NCBI GenBank assembly: GCA_025201805.1 | Contig: MU619252.1 | Span: forward strand, 62,001-126,000 | Source of the DNA: Parasitella parasitica NRRL 2501 | Lineage: Eukaryota; Fungi; Mucoromycota | Direction of reading: 5' to 3' | DNA: 64,000 bases | Part shown: positions 24,366-37,724 of the stretch, piece by piece | Layout: every line of letters starts with the position of its first letter | Position numbering within the stretch: position 1 is the first letter of the stretch | Position numbers and translations under genes: made by a program | The notes under the pieces: generated by a model | The model's database searches: none | Seen by the model: only the letters and a program-made list of their open reading frames with translations | Told to the model about the DNA's origin: nothing

Positions 24366-25874
24366 ATGTATAGACTAATAGCAAAACGACTCATACACAC
24401 GACAGCGTTATGCCAGAGATACAGGCCTGGGTTCTTTACTTCTGTCTGGTCTGGCAGCAATCAGCCGCCTCCTGAAGAAATACATGCTTCGTTCCCAACT
24501 AAAACAAGCAAAGATACCGAATCTTTAGCAAAACCACCCATTAAAACAAAGATGCTGGTTCGCGACTTCATTGAAGACTCAACATTTAATCCAGCGTACG
24601 GTTTTTACTCCAAGCCCAGCGATTCATCTTTTGGAGACATTGAGGAGATGGAGCAAGAAGAAGACCATATTCAATACATGAATCGTTTAGCCAAGTATCG
24701 AGGACGCATCAATCATCACAATATACAGCAATTACGGTATACTTTGACCGAATTGTTCAAGGTAAGTTTTCTTTTGTTTTTTCAGCAAAACCAGTGGTTT
24801 TTATTCATTCAGCTCGTAAAATATAGCCTTGGTATGGCTACGCTATTGCAAAATACATGGTGTCTGAATACAAATTGAATTTGTATCCACACAAGGATTT
24901 GATTATCTACGAGATGGGAGGAGGGCATGGCCGACTGATGCCTCATATTTTGGACTATATCGAAAGATACGAACCGTCTGTTTACAAAAGAACCCAATAC
25001 AACATGATTGAATTATCCAACCGCCTCGTATCCCCGTCATTTATGAAGCATGTACCAAAACATGATTATGTGCAAGTTTTAGACCAGACCATATTTGATT
25101 GGAAGACACTAGTGACAGAGCAGTGTTTTTTCTTGGGCATGGAAGTTATTGTAAGTTTACTTTTTATTTTATTTTTCGAGTCTAATGCCATATCCCACTA
25201 ACATATAATAGAATCATTTCGCTCATGACGCTATTCGATACGATCTGGATACATTAAAACCATACCAAAGCATTGTGTGTATTGACGAAAAACGAAACTA
25301 TACCGAAATCTATGAACCTGTTCAGGACCCCTTGATTTCGCGCTATTTGGCATTGCGTGAAAAGGTGAGATCCAAGCTAAATACCCCAAACCATCCCTTT
25401 ACCTCAGGATCTTTACTATGGCACAAGACGCAGCGTCTCCTCCAGACGAAAACACCCAACTACACAACTCCAGAATTTATACCAACGAAATTGTTTGAAT
25501 TTCTGGAGATCCTCAAAACTTACTTTCCGGGACATCGACTTGTGCTTACGGATTATGCATCGCTGAGTAATACGATCGAAGGTATCAATGCTCCTCTTGT
25601 TCAGACAGCATACAAGGGGCTGATGGTGCCATGTTCAACTTATCTATTGCCACCAGGATGGCACGACACTATTTTCCCTACTAATTTCGAGCTTCTGCGA
25701 GACATGTATTTACTTACATGTCGAGGCTCGAAGGCTGGCAATGAAAAGAATGTGAAGGCTGTTAAATACGACGACTTTCTGGAAAGATATGGCGACGTTG
25801 AAAGGTCAAAGTCAAAGAAGGGCGCACCAATGCGTTTGATGCATCAGCCAAATGTTAAAGTCTTTTTGACCTAA
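24366..25874 (+). CDS. Mitochondrial SAM-dependent arginine methyltransferase, NDUFAF7/MidA (DUF185) family; 2 introns
   Basis: Presequence MYRLIAKRLIHTT, MLVRDFIEDSTFNPAYGFYS, IYEMGGGHG SAM motif, and INAPLVQT...DTIFPTNF. Confidence 0.82.
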
Positions 25875-26304
25875 ATGAATGTACTAATGTATTTATACAA
25901 TAAATGTAAAATAATGTATTTTTTTTTCTTAAAGACCTTCATGAGAGCGGCTGCAACCGCAACATCCTCCACTCGTATCATCAAATCTTGAAAATTGTCT
26001 CTTGAAGACTCTATATCTTCTACAGGTACTGGATTCTGGATCTTTGTCGATCTTAAGTGTAAGTACATAAATCATGGCTCTCCCCACCCCCTTTCTTTTT
26101 TTCAATTTTAATAAAATGATAATTTACCCACAGGGTAATGAAGCTCCTATATATGTTTCCTTATTCATTCAAGCTACTCTTTTGACATTTAGCAACTTAA
26201 ATTCTTCTGAGCTTGAGTGCTTGGTGTCATCATGAGCTTATACGACGATTCAGCCTTGATTGCTTGAATGCTAATACTTGATGGAGATGGGCCTGATACG
26301 TCAT
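25871..26304 (-). CDS. Possible small spliced gene of unknown function (model uncertain)
   Basis: A canonical intron 26127-26052 joins ...ASLPCG to STKIQNPVPVEDIESSRDNFQDLMIRVEDVAVAAALMKVF. The start could be 26168, or 26304 via a further intron. Confidence 0.3.
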
Positions 26305-26419
26305 CTGCTCCGACAAGCATGATGTTTTGAGTTTTACAATTTGCTTTATTTCCTTTTTGTTTCTATTATTTTTTATATATATATATATACTACATACCCG
26401 AAAGCTACAAGGACAAACG

Positions 26420-27266
26420 ATGCAAACAAGCATGTATGACGACGAACCACAATCTATATTCGTATTTAGAAACCCTCTGCGTTTTTTGTCTCGCAAAGGA
26501 CGACAAATAGGAGCATATCTGTCTGGAGGATTGGTAAGGGAAAAAAAAGGCTATTTTGTGAGGAATTACAATGCTAACACATACATATACATACATACAT
26601 ACATTAGCTAACAGTTGGGTGGTGGGTGTTTATTGATGCAGTTATTAATTCAGCAAAGTACAATGGAGAAAGCCGTATGGGGTTCGAAGATTGGTTTTCT
26701 GGGATCCTCACAACATTTGGCATGATTGTGTAAGTGGGTTAATTGTTTAAAAAAAAAAGGTGATGATATCCTGATCACTTGTGTCTTTTTGTTAGTATTA
26801 ATTTGATTGACAAAAGCCGTTTGCAAGGAGAAGCTTTTTCATATGCTGGCTCAGGATTGGTTTGGAAAGCACGTTTATTTTTGTTTCTGGGATTTGCATT
26901 GATTGCCGGAGGATTCGCTGGATCCTGTGTAAGTTTTTGGAGAAGAAAGAAAAAGAGGAGCCATTGTGTTTAATTAATTGGTTCGTTTAGTGCGTTTTGA
27001 TTATTAAATATATTGTTCATTTGGAATCTGCACAACCCTACATAAATTATGGCATTGCTGGTGTTGGCCAAAGTGGTCTAATCATGCTGAGGTAAGGAAG
27101 AGAGATAAAACAGGTTATCAGCTATAAACTGACTAGCACACCTTTAAAGCACAATCGTCTTGTGGGTTGCTCAAAATACTCAAGAAGTAAGTCTGTGTGT
27201 TGATGAAATGTCCGCAATATTGACATTTATTATGATTAGGAATACGAGTATAGCGTTCGTCTTTAA
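26420..27266 (+). CDS. VPS68: Vps68 / UPF0220 (TMEM50-like) endosomal membrane protein, 6 exons
   Basis: Spliced GAYLSGGL-LTVGWWVFIDA, FEDWFSGILTTFGMIV-INLIDKSRL, VWKARLFLFLGFAL, ending EYEYSVRL-stop. The ATG at 26432 is an alternative start. Confidence 0.88.
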
Positions 27267-27491
27267 AATACAAAGTGTTTTATGAATATAGAAAATGCAA
27301 CAATCAGCGATTTTTTTTATATAAATGAGATCTTGTGCGATGGGTAATTCTATTAACTACGAAATAGAAACATTCAATTGTTTCTTGTGCTACAATAATA
27401 TTTAATTGAAAAAAGTTTCTCTGATTCCTTTTGTTTTACTTTACTTTTCTTTTCAGTTCCCCTCATTTCCCTTATAAAACAACTTTACACT

Positions 27492-30285
27492 ATGACTGAT
27501 CGACGAAGTGGGATGGTTCAGTCATTTGGATATCCCCAAAACAGTTCGATTGTGAGCCGAGCTGTAGCAGCAGCAGCAGCAAACAATCACCATTCAAGTC
27601 GCAGTAGAGGAAGAGGCTCGAAGAGATATTCGGTCTCTGTATTTTACTCCATGGCAGCTGAGCAAGATCTTGAAGTAGAAGATGAATTGGCTCAAGGTAG
27701 AATATCAAAGCATTGTTTTCCTTGCATGTAATCGAAACTAACCAAAACGATAATTAAGCTCAAAGACGTTTACGTGAACTTAAAACCAAAATCTCCTCAC
27801 AGTCAAAGAAAAACTTTATTCGTGAAAGAGATGTGAGATTTTTAGACGCTAGAATTGGATTATTGATTCAAAATCGCATGGCCCTGGACGAAGTAAGTCT
27901 GTCATCCTTAGTATAACAAAACCACCACTTAGCAATACCATAGCAACATGAAGTTGCTTCTCGTTTAGAGGAACATGACGAAGGCGATATTGACCATTAT
28001 CCTGATGAACGCCGAATGCAGCAATACGGCAATTTATTTTATCTTTTACAAAGTGAACCTAGACACATTGCCATCTTATGCCGTTTGGTCAGCTTGGCTG
28101 AAATTGACAATTTACTGCAAACTGTAATGTTTACGTTGTACGGTAATCAATATGAAAGTCGAGAAGAGCATTTACTGTTAACCATGTTCCAGGTACAGTA
28201 AGAACACGCAAAATAAAAAAGGTACATGCAGATATTCAATAGTCAAGTAATTTTATATAGAATGTGTTGGCTGCTCAGTTTGAAACGACACCAGAATTCG
28301 CTTCGCTTTTGCGTGCAAACACACCCGTATCTCGTATGATGACAACATATACTCGCCGTGGTCCTGGTCAGTCATATCTCAAGTCGGTGTTATCCGACAA
28401 AATCAACGATTTACTCGAGCGCCAAGACTTGAATTTGCAGATTAATCCGCTCAAAGTGTACGATGAACTGGTGCAAAAGATGGAGCAGGAACAAGGCGAA
28501 TTACCTGACGAGTTTCCTAGAAGTGTAACAGCTGAGATGGCTTCTGCGAATCCCATTGTACAAGAGATGATTCGCCCAAGACTCAAGACCTTGATGGATA
28601 TCGCAGATTCATTCTTGACCACTATTATCAATTCCTTGAATCAGGTTCCTTACGGAATCCGTTGGATTTGTAAACAAATCCGTTCTTTGACGAAAAGAAA
28701 GTATCCAGATGCATCTGACCATGCCATTTCTTCTCTGATTGGTGGTTTCTTCTTTTTAAGATTCGTGAATCCTGCTATTGTCACTCCTCAAGCCTATATG
28801 CTGGTTGATGGTAGCCCAAGCACAAATTCGCGTACCACATTAACTTTGGTAAATTATAAAAAGAAAAAAAAAAGTTGCGCTCTGCGTGTTAAACCTTGCA
28901 TTAACTATCGTTGAGTAGCTGGCCAAAATGTTGCAAAATTTAGCAAACAAACCATCTTACGCCAAAGAAGCTTACATGATCCCAACAAACCCTTTTGTGG
29001 AATCCAACAAACAGCGCACCAACAAGTTTTTGAACGATTTATGCGAGGTTGCTGATTTTTACGAGCAACTGGAAATGGATCAATATATGGCACTCAGCAA
29101 AAAGGACATCATGATCAACATCACGCCCAATGAAATCTATAGCACGCTATCGCTTTTACAGCAGCATGCAGATGTCATTGCGCCCAAAGACTCTGACCAT
29201 TTGAGAATTTTGATTAATGATGTAAGCGCTATTCCTGCGCAAGTCCCTAGAAAAGAGAACAAGGCAGTTGAATTGCCATTATTCAGTCGATGGGAAATGC
29301 CAATTCAAGGTATTTGTATATAAGCGTATGCATTGATTCCCTCACTTTGCTCATTCTAAAGTTCTAGATTTGACCATGTCTCTAATGTCTGAAAACAACA
29401 TTACACAAAACGACATTCTTTATATGGAAGCCAAATCGATTTTTGTGCAAATCATACGTTCACTTCCTTATTTGGCTCGCCCCCCACTCAAGTTACACCA
29501 CATTGCGGAAACTGCAGGAACAGGAAAAGACGCTCAGCTAGTCCATAAAGGCATCAAAGTGAAGGAAATGATACGAGAACTGGAAGAGGCTGGTGTAATT
29601 GATTCTCGTGATGACCATCAGCTTCTAGTGAAAGAGATCTGTAATGAATTGACCCATCTAGGCGATTTGAAGCTCATAGTGGTCGAGGAATTGCGATCAT
29701 TGGAGAGCGTTTACAAGACTATTATTGATCACAACAACTATCTCAAAAGCCAATTGGAAAGCTACAAGGCTTATTTACAAAATGTGCGTATGCAAACAAC
29801 TCCAGGTGGCGCCAGCAGCAAAATAAATCAAACTGTAGGCATCGGCGTGGAGGTGGTGGACCCTAAAATCAGTAAGAAGCTGCACAACTACAAAACTGCT
29901 GCGCTCGGTCCATTCAAATACACGCACCAACAATTAGAAAAAGAAGGTATCATTGCAGTAACTGAAGTCCCAGAAAATAGACGAAATCAAATATTCTTGA
30001 CAATAGCCTCTCCACTTCCAGGCACTTTTATCATTGCGTTGCATTATAAAGGGCGTGATAAACCAGTATTGGAGATAGACTTGAAGCTGGATGATCTGCT
30101 TGAGAAGGTTTGTTTTTTTTCCTTTGTGTACCTGTGTGTTTGTTTAATAGCTAATCTTTCTCTAACAGCAACAAGAAAATGTTCAAGTGTTAGATTTAGA
30201 ATACATCAAACTAAGTGTACCAAAGACGCTGGAACTATTAACAAAGACTTTCATGTCGAGAAACAGAACTGGCTTCTTTTCTTGA
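27492..30285 (+). CDS. Ras GTPase-activating protein (S. pombe Gap1/Sar1 type, RasGAP plus RasGAP_C)
   Basis: [12 protein letters not shown] arginine finger, [16 protein letters not shown] signature, AKMLQNLAN, and C-terminal [16 protein letters not shown]; 6 introns. Confidence 0.92.
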
Positions 30286-30349
30286 AATTAATTTATACTA
30301 TTATTACTCTTTCTCTCCTTTTATATTTTTTAATTTTAAAATAATATGT

Positions 30350-32074
30350 TTAATCTGTCAATTGAATAATGGTAGTTGTTGTCGTGGTCGTTTGTTCTTC
30401 AACTCTATAAACTGATTCGGTTGTAGTAGTCGTAGTAATTGTGTCTTGTCCCTCAAACGTCGTTTCCTGCAAAGTATTTGTGGCAGTTGTATTGACAGAA
30501 TGCGATGTCTCCACGACTTCAGTTGTGCTTGTATGGTATGTAGTTGTGCTTGTTGTCTCATCTGATGATTCTGTACCTGTCGAGTATAGTGTCAAAATAT
30601 TATCTAATGTCTCTGTAACTGTATCTGTATCAGATTCCGTGATTATAACGCTACTATGGCTTTTTACAAGTGTGACAACATTTTCGCCTTCGGTAACAGT
30701 TAATGTTTCTGTATTTGTGTTTGAATAATCCGTGGATACTTCGTAACTAACTGTGTTTTCGGTTAATGTCGTTGTATCTGTCTCTGTAGAAACTGTTGTA
30801 TAAAGATCCGAATAAGGATCCGTAAAATTAGTTGGTATCCAGCAATTAAACTTTCCATAACAATCATCTTCATAGTCCATAATATCAGCACCTTGGCTAG
30901 TATTTACCCATTGATAAGATTTTCCTACAAGCTGTCCAGCAAAATTGCCACGAGGGCCATCATTTATGCGGCCTGTAAATAAAAGTAATTATTTCAATAT
31001 TAAGCTCTACAAACTTCTATGCGACTCTGGACTTACCATATAAATTCATCACTAAACCTTCCATCCTTTTGTTTGTAAGTCGAGTAATCGAAATTTCAGC
31101 TGTTGTATCAATTTTCGATGTACTTGTGTTGATTGGGTAAAAGTTGTAGATGACACGACATCCTGACAAACTGCTAGACGGTCTATCCGTAGTAATTGAA
31201 ATGCTTTGCCCAGAAACTACAGCCACCTAGGATTTGCAAGATTTATTAGATGTCCTATCAATCTTGACGCTCCTATTTACATTAAATACGATCATTCGTC
31301 CGGTAGGATAACCATTATTAGGGCCCTGCCAACCACTGCCGCCCAACAGGATATTTGAAGCGTCCGAAATAATATCTGTATCAGCTCTACACCCATTAGC
31401 ATTGCAAGGTCCAATTTGAAAAATGTAGAAGCGTTCGTCTTGCGTTTTGTAGATTTCTTTTACCGTGCCGTCATTTGTCAGCACATGAGTAGGAATTTGA
31501 CTAGCTAGAAATGCGCTCATTTCAATAGCACTGGGCCAGATGTCGTCAAAATTGAGAGATTTAGTGTCAAATGAAGTCAGGGTCTTGCATTTTGGGTTTT
31601 CATTGACTAATGTGTTGAATTGAGGGACAGTGCGCACATCAATATCACCAGTAATACGCAATGAAGCAGGGCTGGCGAGCGATTTCGCATAAAGGCCTAA
31701 TCGCTCAACCAAATCTGTGGAAGAACAGTTGGCCAGTTTCTGAGTATCTACACTATAATAAGGTATAGTTGCTATTCCACCCACAGCAAGAGGCCCAAAA
31801 ATAGCATGGCGACTGTTTGTAACAAAAGTATCATAAAAAATGCCTGTAAAATGATTCATCTGTTGATAACATAGTGTTGGGATTAGCACACATATCATCT
31901 GCGGCAAATATTGGCATGTAACAAATTTACAAAGGCATAAAAACTAGCATTATCTTGATCTGCTTTTACGCACTGTGTGGTAGGTATTCTTTCATTGGGA
32001 TTGACAGCTTGACATTGAGAGAGCTCAATGAACGGCAATGTTGTTAATAGCACATATAGCAACGTAATCTTCAT
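30350..32074 (-). CDS. Secreted choice-of-anchor A (ice-binding-like) domain protein with Thr-rich tail
   Basis: Signal peptide MKITLLYVLLTTLPFIELS, GPLAVGG, spliced MIVFN-VAVVSG, CRVIYNFYP, GNFAGQLVG, then a T/E-rich stalk. 3 introns; the apparent stop at 31227 is an intron acceptor. Confidence 0.7.
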
Positions 32075-32583
32075 AATCGTCTTTTGCTTATAGAAAGAGA
32101 GAGGAACTAAATTATGAAATGTAGTTAAATCGAAAATTCTTATTAATGCATAATTTTAAATATTTATTTATATACCTTCACATTTTTGATGTTGGAATAT
32201 TAGTATTTCCAAATATTGAGCAAAATAAACACTACAATACGTTGTTGTCATATCTTATTAGGTATTAACAAGTTTACAGTCAAGCAATATATTATAGTAT
32301 GTTGCTCAAATGCATCAAGAAGGCAAGGCGCTGGAAACTCAATATTTTACTTGATTTTTGGACGTATGATTCGAATCAAAATCGTAGACTAATTTTCGAA
32401 AGAGCCAATTATGTTATTGCGTCTCATTTTATCAAAGCAATGTATAGCGAACCACGCCTCATTGAGTATGGCAATGAGAAAACTTCAGGTTGGATAATCT
32501 TTATAAACCCGGAGTTATAAGGAGGAGGTGGTGGTAAGTCATGTCTTGGGGAGCTCCACATTATTATGAACCAAAATAAAAAC

Positions 32584-32589
32584 ACGCGT
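32584..32589. promoter_or_regulatory. MCB element (ACGCGT) upstream of the MBF/SBF-subunit gene
   Basis: Exact ACGCGT 37 nt before the ATG, inside an apparent 5' UTR intron 32534-32615 (gtaagt...tttag). Confidence 0.4.
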
Positions 32590-32625
32590 CGTTTTTTTTT
32601 TTTCTGATTTTTTAGTAAACAAAAA

Positions 32626-35017
32626 ATGGCAGAAGCAGGAAGCATATACTCTGCTGTATACTCAGGAGTTCCAGTATTTGAAATGATTGTCAATGGCGTT
32701 GCAATAATGCGCCGAAGAACCGATTCGTACATGAACGCAACTCAAATATTAAAGGTTGCAAGCATTGACAAAGGAAAGCGTACAAAGATTTTGGAAAAAG
32801 AAGTATTATCTGGAGAACATGAAAAGGTACAGGGTGGTTACGGAAAATACCAAGGCACTTGGTAAGCAATCATGGATGTCGGCCAGAGCACAACTATTAA
32901 GCGCAATATAAACAGGATTCCCTGTGAAAAGAGTAAAGAATTGGCATTAAAGTACGGCGTCTATGATCAACTGGCGCCACTGTTAGATTTCGATTTGACT
33001 GCAAACGGCTCGCATAACGGAGAGGAGACGTATCTCACAAAGGAACAAGCTCTTGTTGCAAGAAAGAAGATAACCGCTGAGAACACTTCTCAGGTATAGA
33101 GAGTGAAATTAAAAATCGCATACAAACTCACCAATTCTTTTGTATCAGCCTCGTGCTTTATCTCCTGGTACTACAGACGAGACTCAAGCTCCCCGCAAAA
33201 AAGCAAAGACAGCTTCAGCGGCAATAACTTTAGCAAATGCCTCGCCATCATCAACGTCGCTCAATCCTCTCAGTCCGATCACCACCTCCTCAGCACTAAA
33301 CATGCATACCCTTAAGACTGAGGATTTCTCTCAATCACGACAAACCACAGAAGAAGCTGTGGCCAACGAGCGCAACCGAAGTGTATTGATGTCTATCTTT
33401 TTGTCTGATAAGCCGGATCAGATTCCTGATTTACTGAAAAATCAGCACGGTAAAAGCGGGTTCAACATTGATATGGTTATTGATGAGCAGGGCAACACTG
33501 CGTTGCATTGGGCCACTGCTTTAGCACGTACTAATACCGTCCAATTACTGGTGAATAAGGGTGCCAACATTGCTTGCACTAGTTATATCGGCGAAACAGC
33601 TTTGATGCGAGGTGTTATGGTCACCAACAACTTTGATAACATAAGTTTTCCCCAAGTTTTTGATTTACTGAAAGAGAGCATGGCAATCGTTGATAATAAG
33701 AAACGCAGCGTGCTCCATCATGCTGCCTTGACTGCGGGTATTCATGGTCGCACTAATGCTGCTGTTTATTATATGAAGATTTTGGTAGATTATATGAAGG
33801 CCACTGATAACGAAGAGCTGAGATCTCTTTTGGATGCTCAAGACTCTTTGGGGGATACTGCTTTGAATATCGCTGCAAGATTAGACTGTCAAACTTTGGT
33901 AGAGATACTGTCAGATGCTGGTGCGGTAAACACAGCTCAAAATCAGGGTGGGCTGAATTCGCAAGATTATGCAGAAGTCAAGGTAAATTGTAGCGCATGT
34001 ACCAAAAATTTCGTGTTGCTCAAGTCTATTTAGGATGTTGAAATGGAAGATGCATCCATATCAAAGCCAAAATTATCCTACCCCTCTTCTTATGCAAAGA
34101 AACCGTATACACCTAGTCAAAGAGGCAAAGAAATTGTAGCAAGTAAGATGACAAAACTACGATCATAGACGATAAGTTTATTAATCCACGTTTTGAAAGC
34201 TGTACAAAAGATTGTAGATGCATTAGATGACGAATATGGCACACAATTAACAGCCAAAGAACAAGAATTACAAACAATCCAAGAGGAAGTGAACTCTGTG
34301 GTCCGAGAACTAGAAGCGACGCGAAAAGGACTAGAGACTCGACAAGCACAATCCCAAAGATTATCTGAAGCGCAACAAAAGACTCGAAACATAGAAGTAG
34401 CACTGGACGCAGGATGGAAACAATTGGAAAGCATCATTACAAAGTCTGGCAAATCCATGCCTCAGCGGGAAGACATTGAAAATATTGACGAAAACGAAGA
34501 TATTGATGGTTTATTTAACGTGCCTGAAGTTCATATACCAGAAGATGCCACAGAGGAAGAAAAAAAGAAGAAATTGGACGATTACATTCGAAATGTACAA
34601 GCTAAAGTAAAGGCCTACCAAACAAATGACGATGCATTGCGAAAAGACATTGAGAAATTACAAAATGAACATACCGCAAAAGAGATGGAATGCAAACGAC
34701 TCATTGCGGCATGCTGCAATGTACCTATTGATAAAATTGACGATCTCGTTGAACCTTTGACTTTGGCAATTGAGAGTGATCCTCCAGATCTTGACTTGGC
34801 TCGTGTTATCGGATTTATGGATAAGATCAGGCGACAAGGTGCTTTTGCTGAACCTGCTACTGCCTCTGTCAATGGTCAACCTGGTACGCCCTCTCTCACT
34901 GCTGCAAAGCTTTCCCCCCAAATAGAATCCAGCGAAAACAACCCACCCTCAACTCCTTCTCTGCCCCATTCCACTCTCGCTTCTCCAACCACTATTTCAA
35001 CATCTTCTGTTGTTTAA
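32626..35017 (+). CDS. APSES/KilA-N plus ankyrin G1/S transcription factor (Mbp1/Swi4/Res1-Res2 family); 4 introns
   Basis: [49 protein letters not shown], ankyrin repeats ([26 protein letters not shown]), and C-terminal coiled coil. Confidence 0.93.
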
Positions 35018-35257
35018 GTCGTATGATCAACACATTATCCAAACTATGTATATATATACTCAAATTTAATAAATTCTTTACAATATATCGCACTTTGTGG
35101 ACTAGGCCGTAATCGAAAATTGTGGTAGCTTATTGACATCGGCAGCGAAAAGCCACGTGAATGTTGGGTTTAAGTTGGAGTTCAAGCAATTGATTTATGC
35201 AATCTTTTTTTTTTTTTTTGTCTTAGTTGAAAAAAAGAGAGATTGCGCAGTAGTAAT

Positions 35258-37683
35258 ATGGTTGCAACACGCCAAACAAGTAAACGAAAAGATTCCACAG
35301 ATGAAGCTTTGACTCAAGTACCTTCATCAAGTACACGGGTACCAAAGAGAGCGAAGTTGGGTGAACAGAAGCGTCAAAAAAGCAAAGGAAAAGAAAAAGA
35401 AATCCCAAAGGACATGATGGAAGAAGAGGAGGAGCCTGAAGAAAAAGATGATGATGATGAAGAAGAAGAAGAAATAGATTGGGAAACCATTCAATTGCCT
35501 CCTAGATTCGAAAATCAAGACCATGAAGGTGAGGATATTGAAGCTGATGCTCCAACGATTTACAGGGATGTCGAGATTGTAATGAAAACACCTCGAGCTG
35601 TGTTAAAGTGAGTTCTCTACTTTGTGTTTCTATGAAATTATTCAACTGATTTTTTTTCTTTTCTTTTTCAGAGAGTCCAACTGGGAAAGGACCTATCAAC
35701 GTAATTTACGACAATGGATGCACCATAGCCATGTCGTTTTGCTGATCGCACATTACAAGTTGAGAAATAAGTGGTGTTCGAATGCAGGTATAAAGGTACT
35801 TGATTTCGACATAATAGCTTGTTTCAAATGTAGAATACTAATTTGGTATATTGCAGAATACCTGCTTATCTGTAATCCCTGACAATTGCAAAAGATTGCT
35901 TACAAAAGACTCAAGTGAATCTGCATTAAAAGCTGGTATTAAGTGGCTTGTAAAGTGGTGGCATGAATTTTTTACTCTGACAGGCCCTGGATTACTAACA
36001 AAGCCATATCTGGAACTTCAAAATTACTACAATGGATTCAAGACATTGAAAGAATGGATTGATGCACATCAATCTGATGAGAATGGCGACTACATCGAAG
36101 ACATGGAGGCATTTATGCTGCTGTTTCAATCAAAAACCGGTACTCGTGATACATCTGCAGAAGCCTTTGCAGCGGTTTTGAGGGCTTGTGGATGCGACGT
36201 TCGCCTAATAGCGTCTCTACAGCCATTGCCGTACAAAATACCACCAAGCACAACATCAAATACAGCAGCTGAAGATGCAATGGAGGAAGCAACTGATACT
36301 TCAAGTAATCAACCTATTTTCAAGTATCGTGCTCCTACCAAAACGTATGTGGATCCAAATGTCCAGCTCAAGGAGGCTAAAGCCAAACCTCCCTCTGTCT
36401 GGTGCGAAGTCTACTGTACTGATTCGAAACGTTGGATGACTATCGACCCCATTCGCGGACACATTGATAAACCAATGCTCATGGAACCAGCTACTCTAAA
36501 CAGGACTAATCATATCTCATTTGTGCTTGGATTCGATAACCAGAATAAGGTGACGGACGTAACAAGACGGTACACATCCAACATTGACAAAGCAATGAGA
36601 TTAAGAGATCGTCCGCTTACACGACGAGAGAAAGAAGGTGGTATAAAGCCATGGTCTGAGCCAATGCTAGCTCGAGTCTGCCGCAAAAAATCTACGGAGA
36701 GGGACCAGTTAGAATTTGAAGAACTGGAGAAACTACAAACTAGACAAGTGATGCCATCTGCAATAGGAGCCTTCAAAAATCACCCATTATACGCATTGGA
36801 ACGCCATTTACTCAAGTATGAAGTATTACATCCTAAGGATCTCGTCTTGGGCAGCATTCGTGGAGAGAAAATTTATCCTCGATCCAACGTCAAAACAGTG
36901 AATACTGCTGTTAATTATCGTAAGCAAGGCAAGCAAATAAAAGAAGGGGAACAACCAGTTAAAATAGTCAATGCGAATGTTTTTACTGTTGAAAAGAAAC
37001 GCTTAAAAGAGCAAGCAAAACAAGATGGACATAATCTGTCAGTAGCTTGCTATGGCGAGTGGCAAACAGAGGCCTATGTGCCTCTCCCCGTTATAGATGT
37101 AAGTATTTCAAATGCATAGTGTGTATGTACATATTAATTTCCGATCAATTCATTATGTTGATATAGGGGAAACTACCTAAAAATGAATATGGTAACATTG
37201 ATTTGTTTACTCCCAATATGTTGCCACTGGGAGCAGCTCATATACCAAGTAAGTTTTTTTATGCCTTTTGGTAATACTACAATTAAACGCAATTCGATAT
37301 ATTTAGTCAAAGGAATTGGGAAACTGGCAAGAAAACTGGGAATAGATTATGCAGATGCTGTTGTAGATTTCGATTTTGTAAAAATGAGGGCTGTTCCAGT
37401 GACAGATGGCATCATTGTTGTAGAACAAGAAAAATGGGTTTTATTAGAGGCATGGGAAGAACATGAGCAAGCTGAGGCTATGAAAGCCATTGCCAAGCAA
37501 GAAAAACATGTCTTCATTCGCTGGAGAAAACTGATCAAAAGCCTGCTGATAAAAGCAAGAGTCGATCAGTCCTATGGATCGCATAACAACATAGATAAAT
37601 GGGAGAGTTTCAATAACACGCAAGGAGAAGTAAATGTAGGAGGCGGAGGATTTTTGCCTGAAAGCGATCAAGAGGACAACTGA
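35258..37683 (+). CDS. RAD4: DNA damage recognition protein Rad4/XPC
   Basis: Transglutaminase-like region (VRLIASLQP, WCEVY, DVTRRY) and BHD motifs FKNHPLYALERHL, YGEWQTE, PKNEYGNIDL and DYADAVVDFDF. Confidence 0.93.
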
Positions 37684-37724
37684 TTTGTCTTATTTATGTA
37701 CATTAAATAAAAATAAAAAAGCAG

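Noticed and set aside
31227-31229. In-frame TAG between two abutting ORFs, suggesting stop-codon readthrough
   Set aside because: It is the 3' splice site of a normal intron (gtaaat...cctag); splicing gives MIVFN-VAVVSG.
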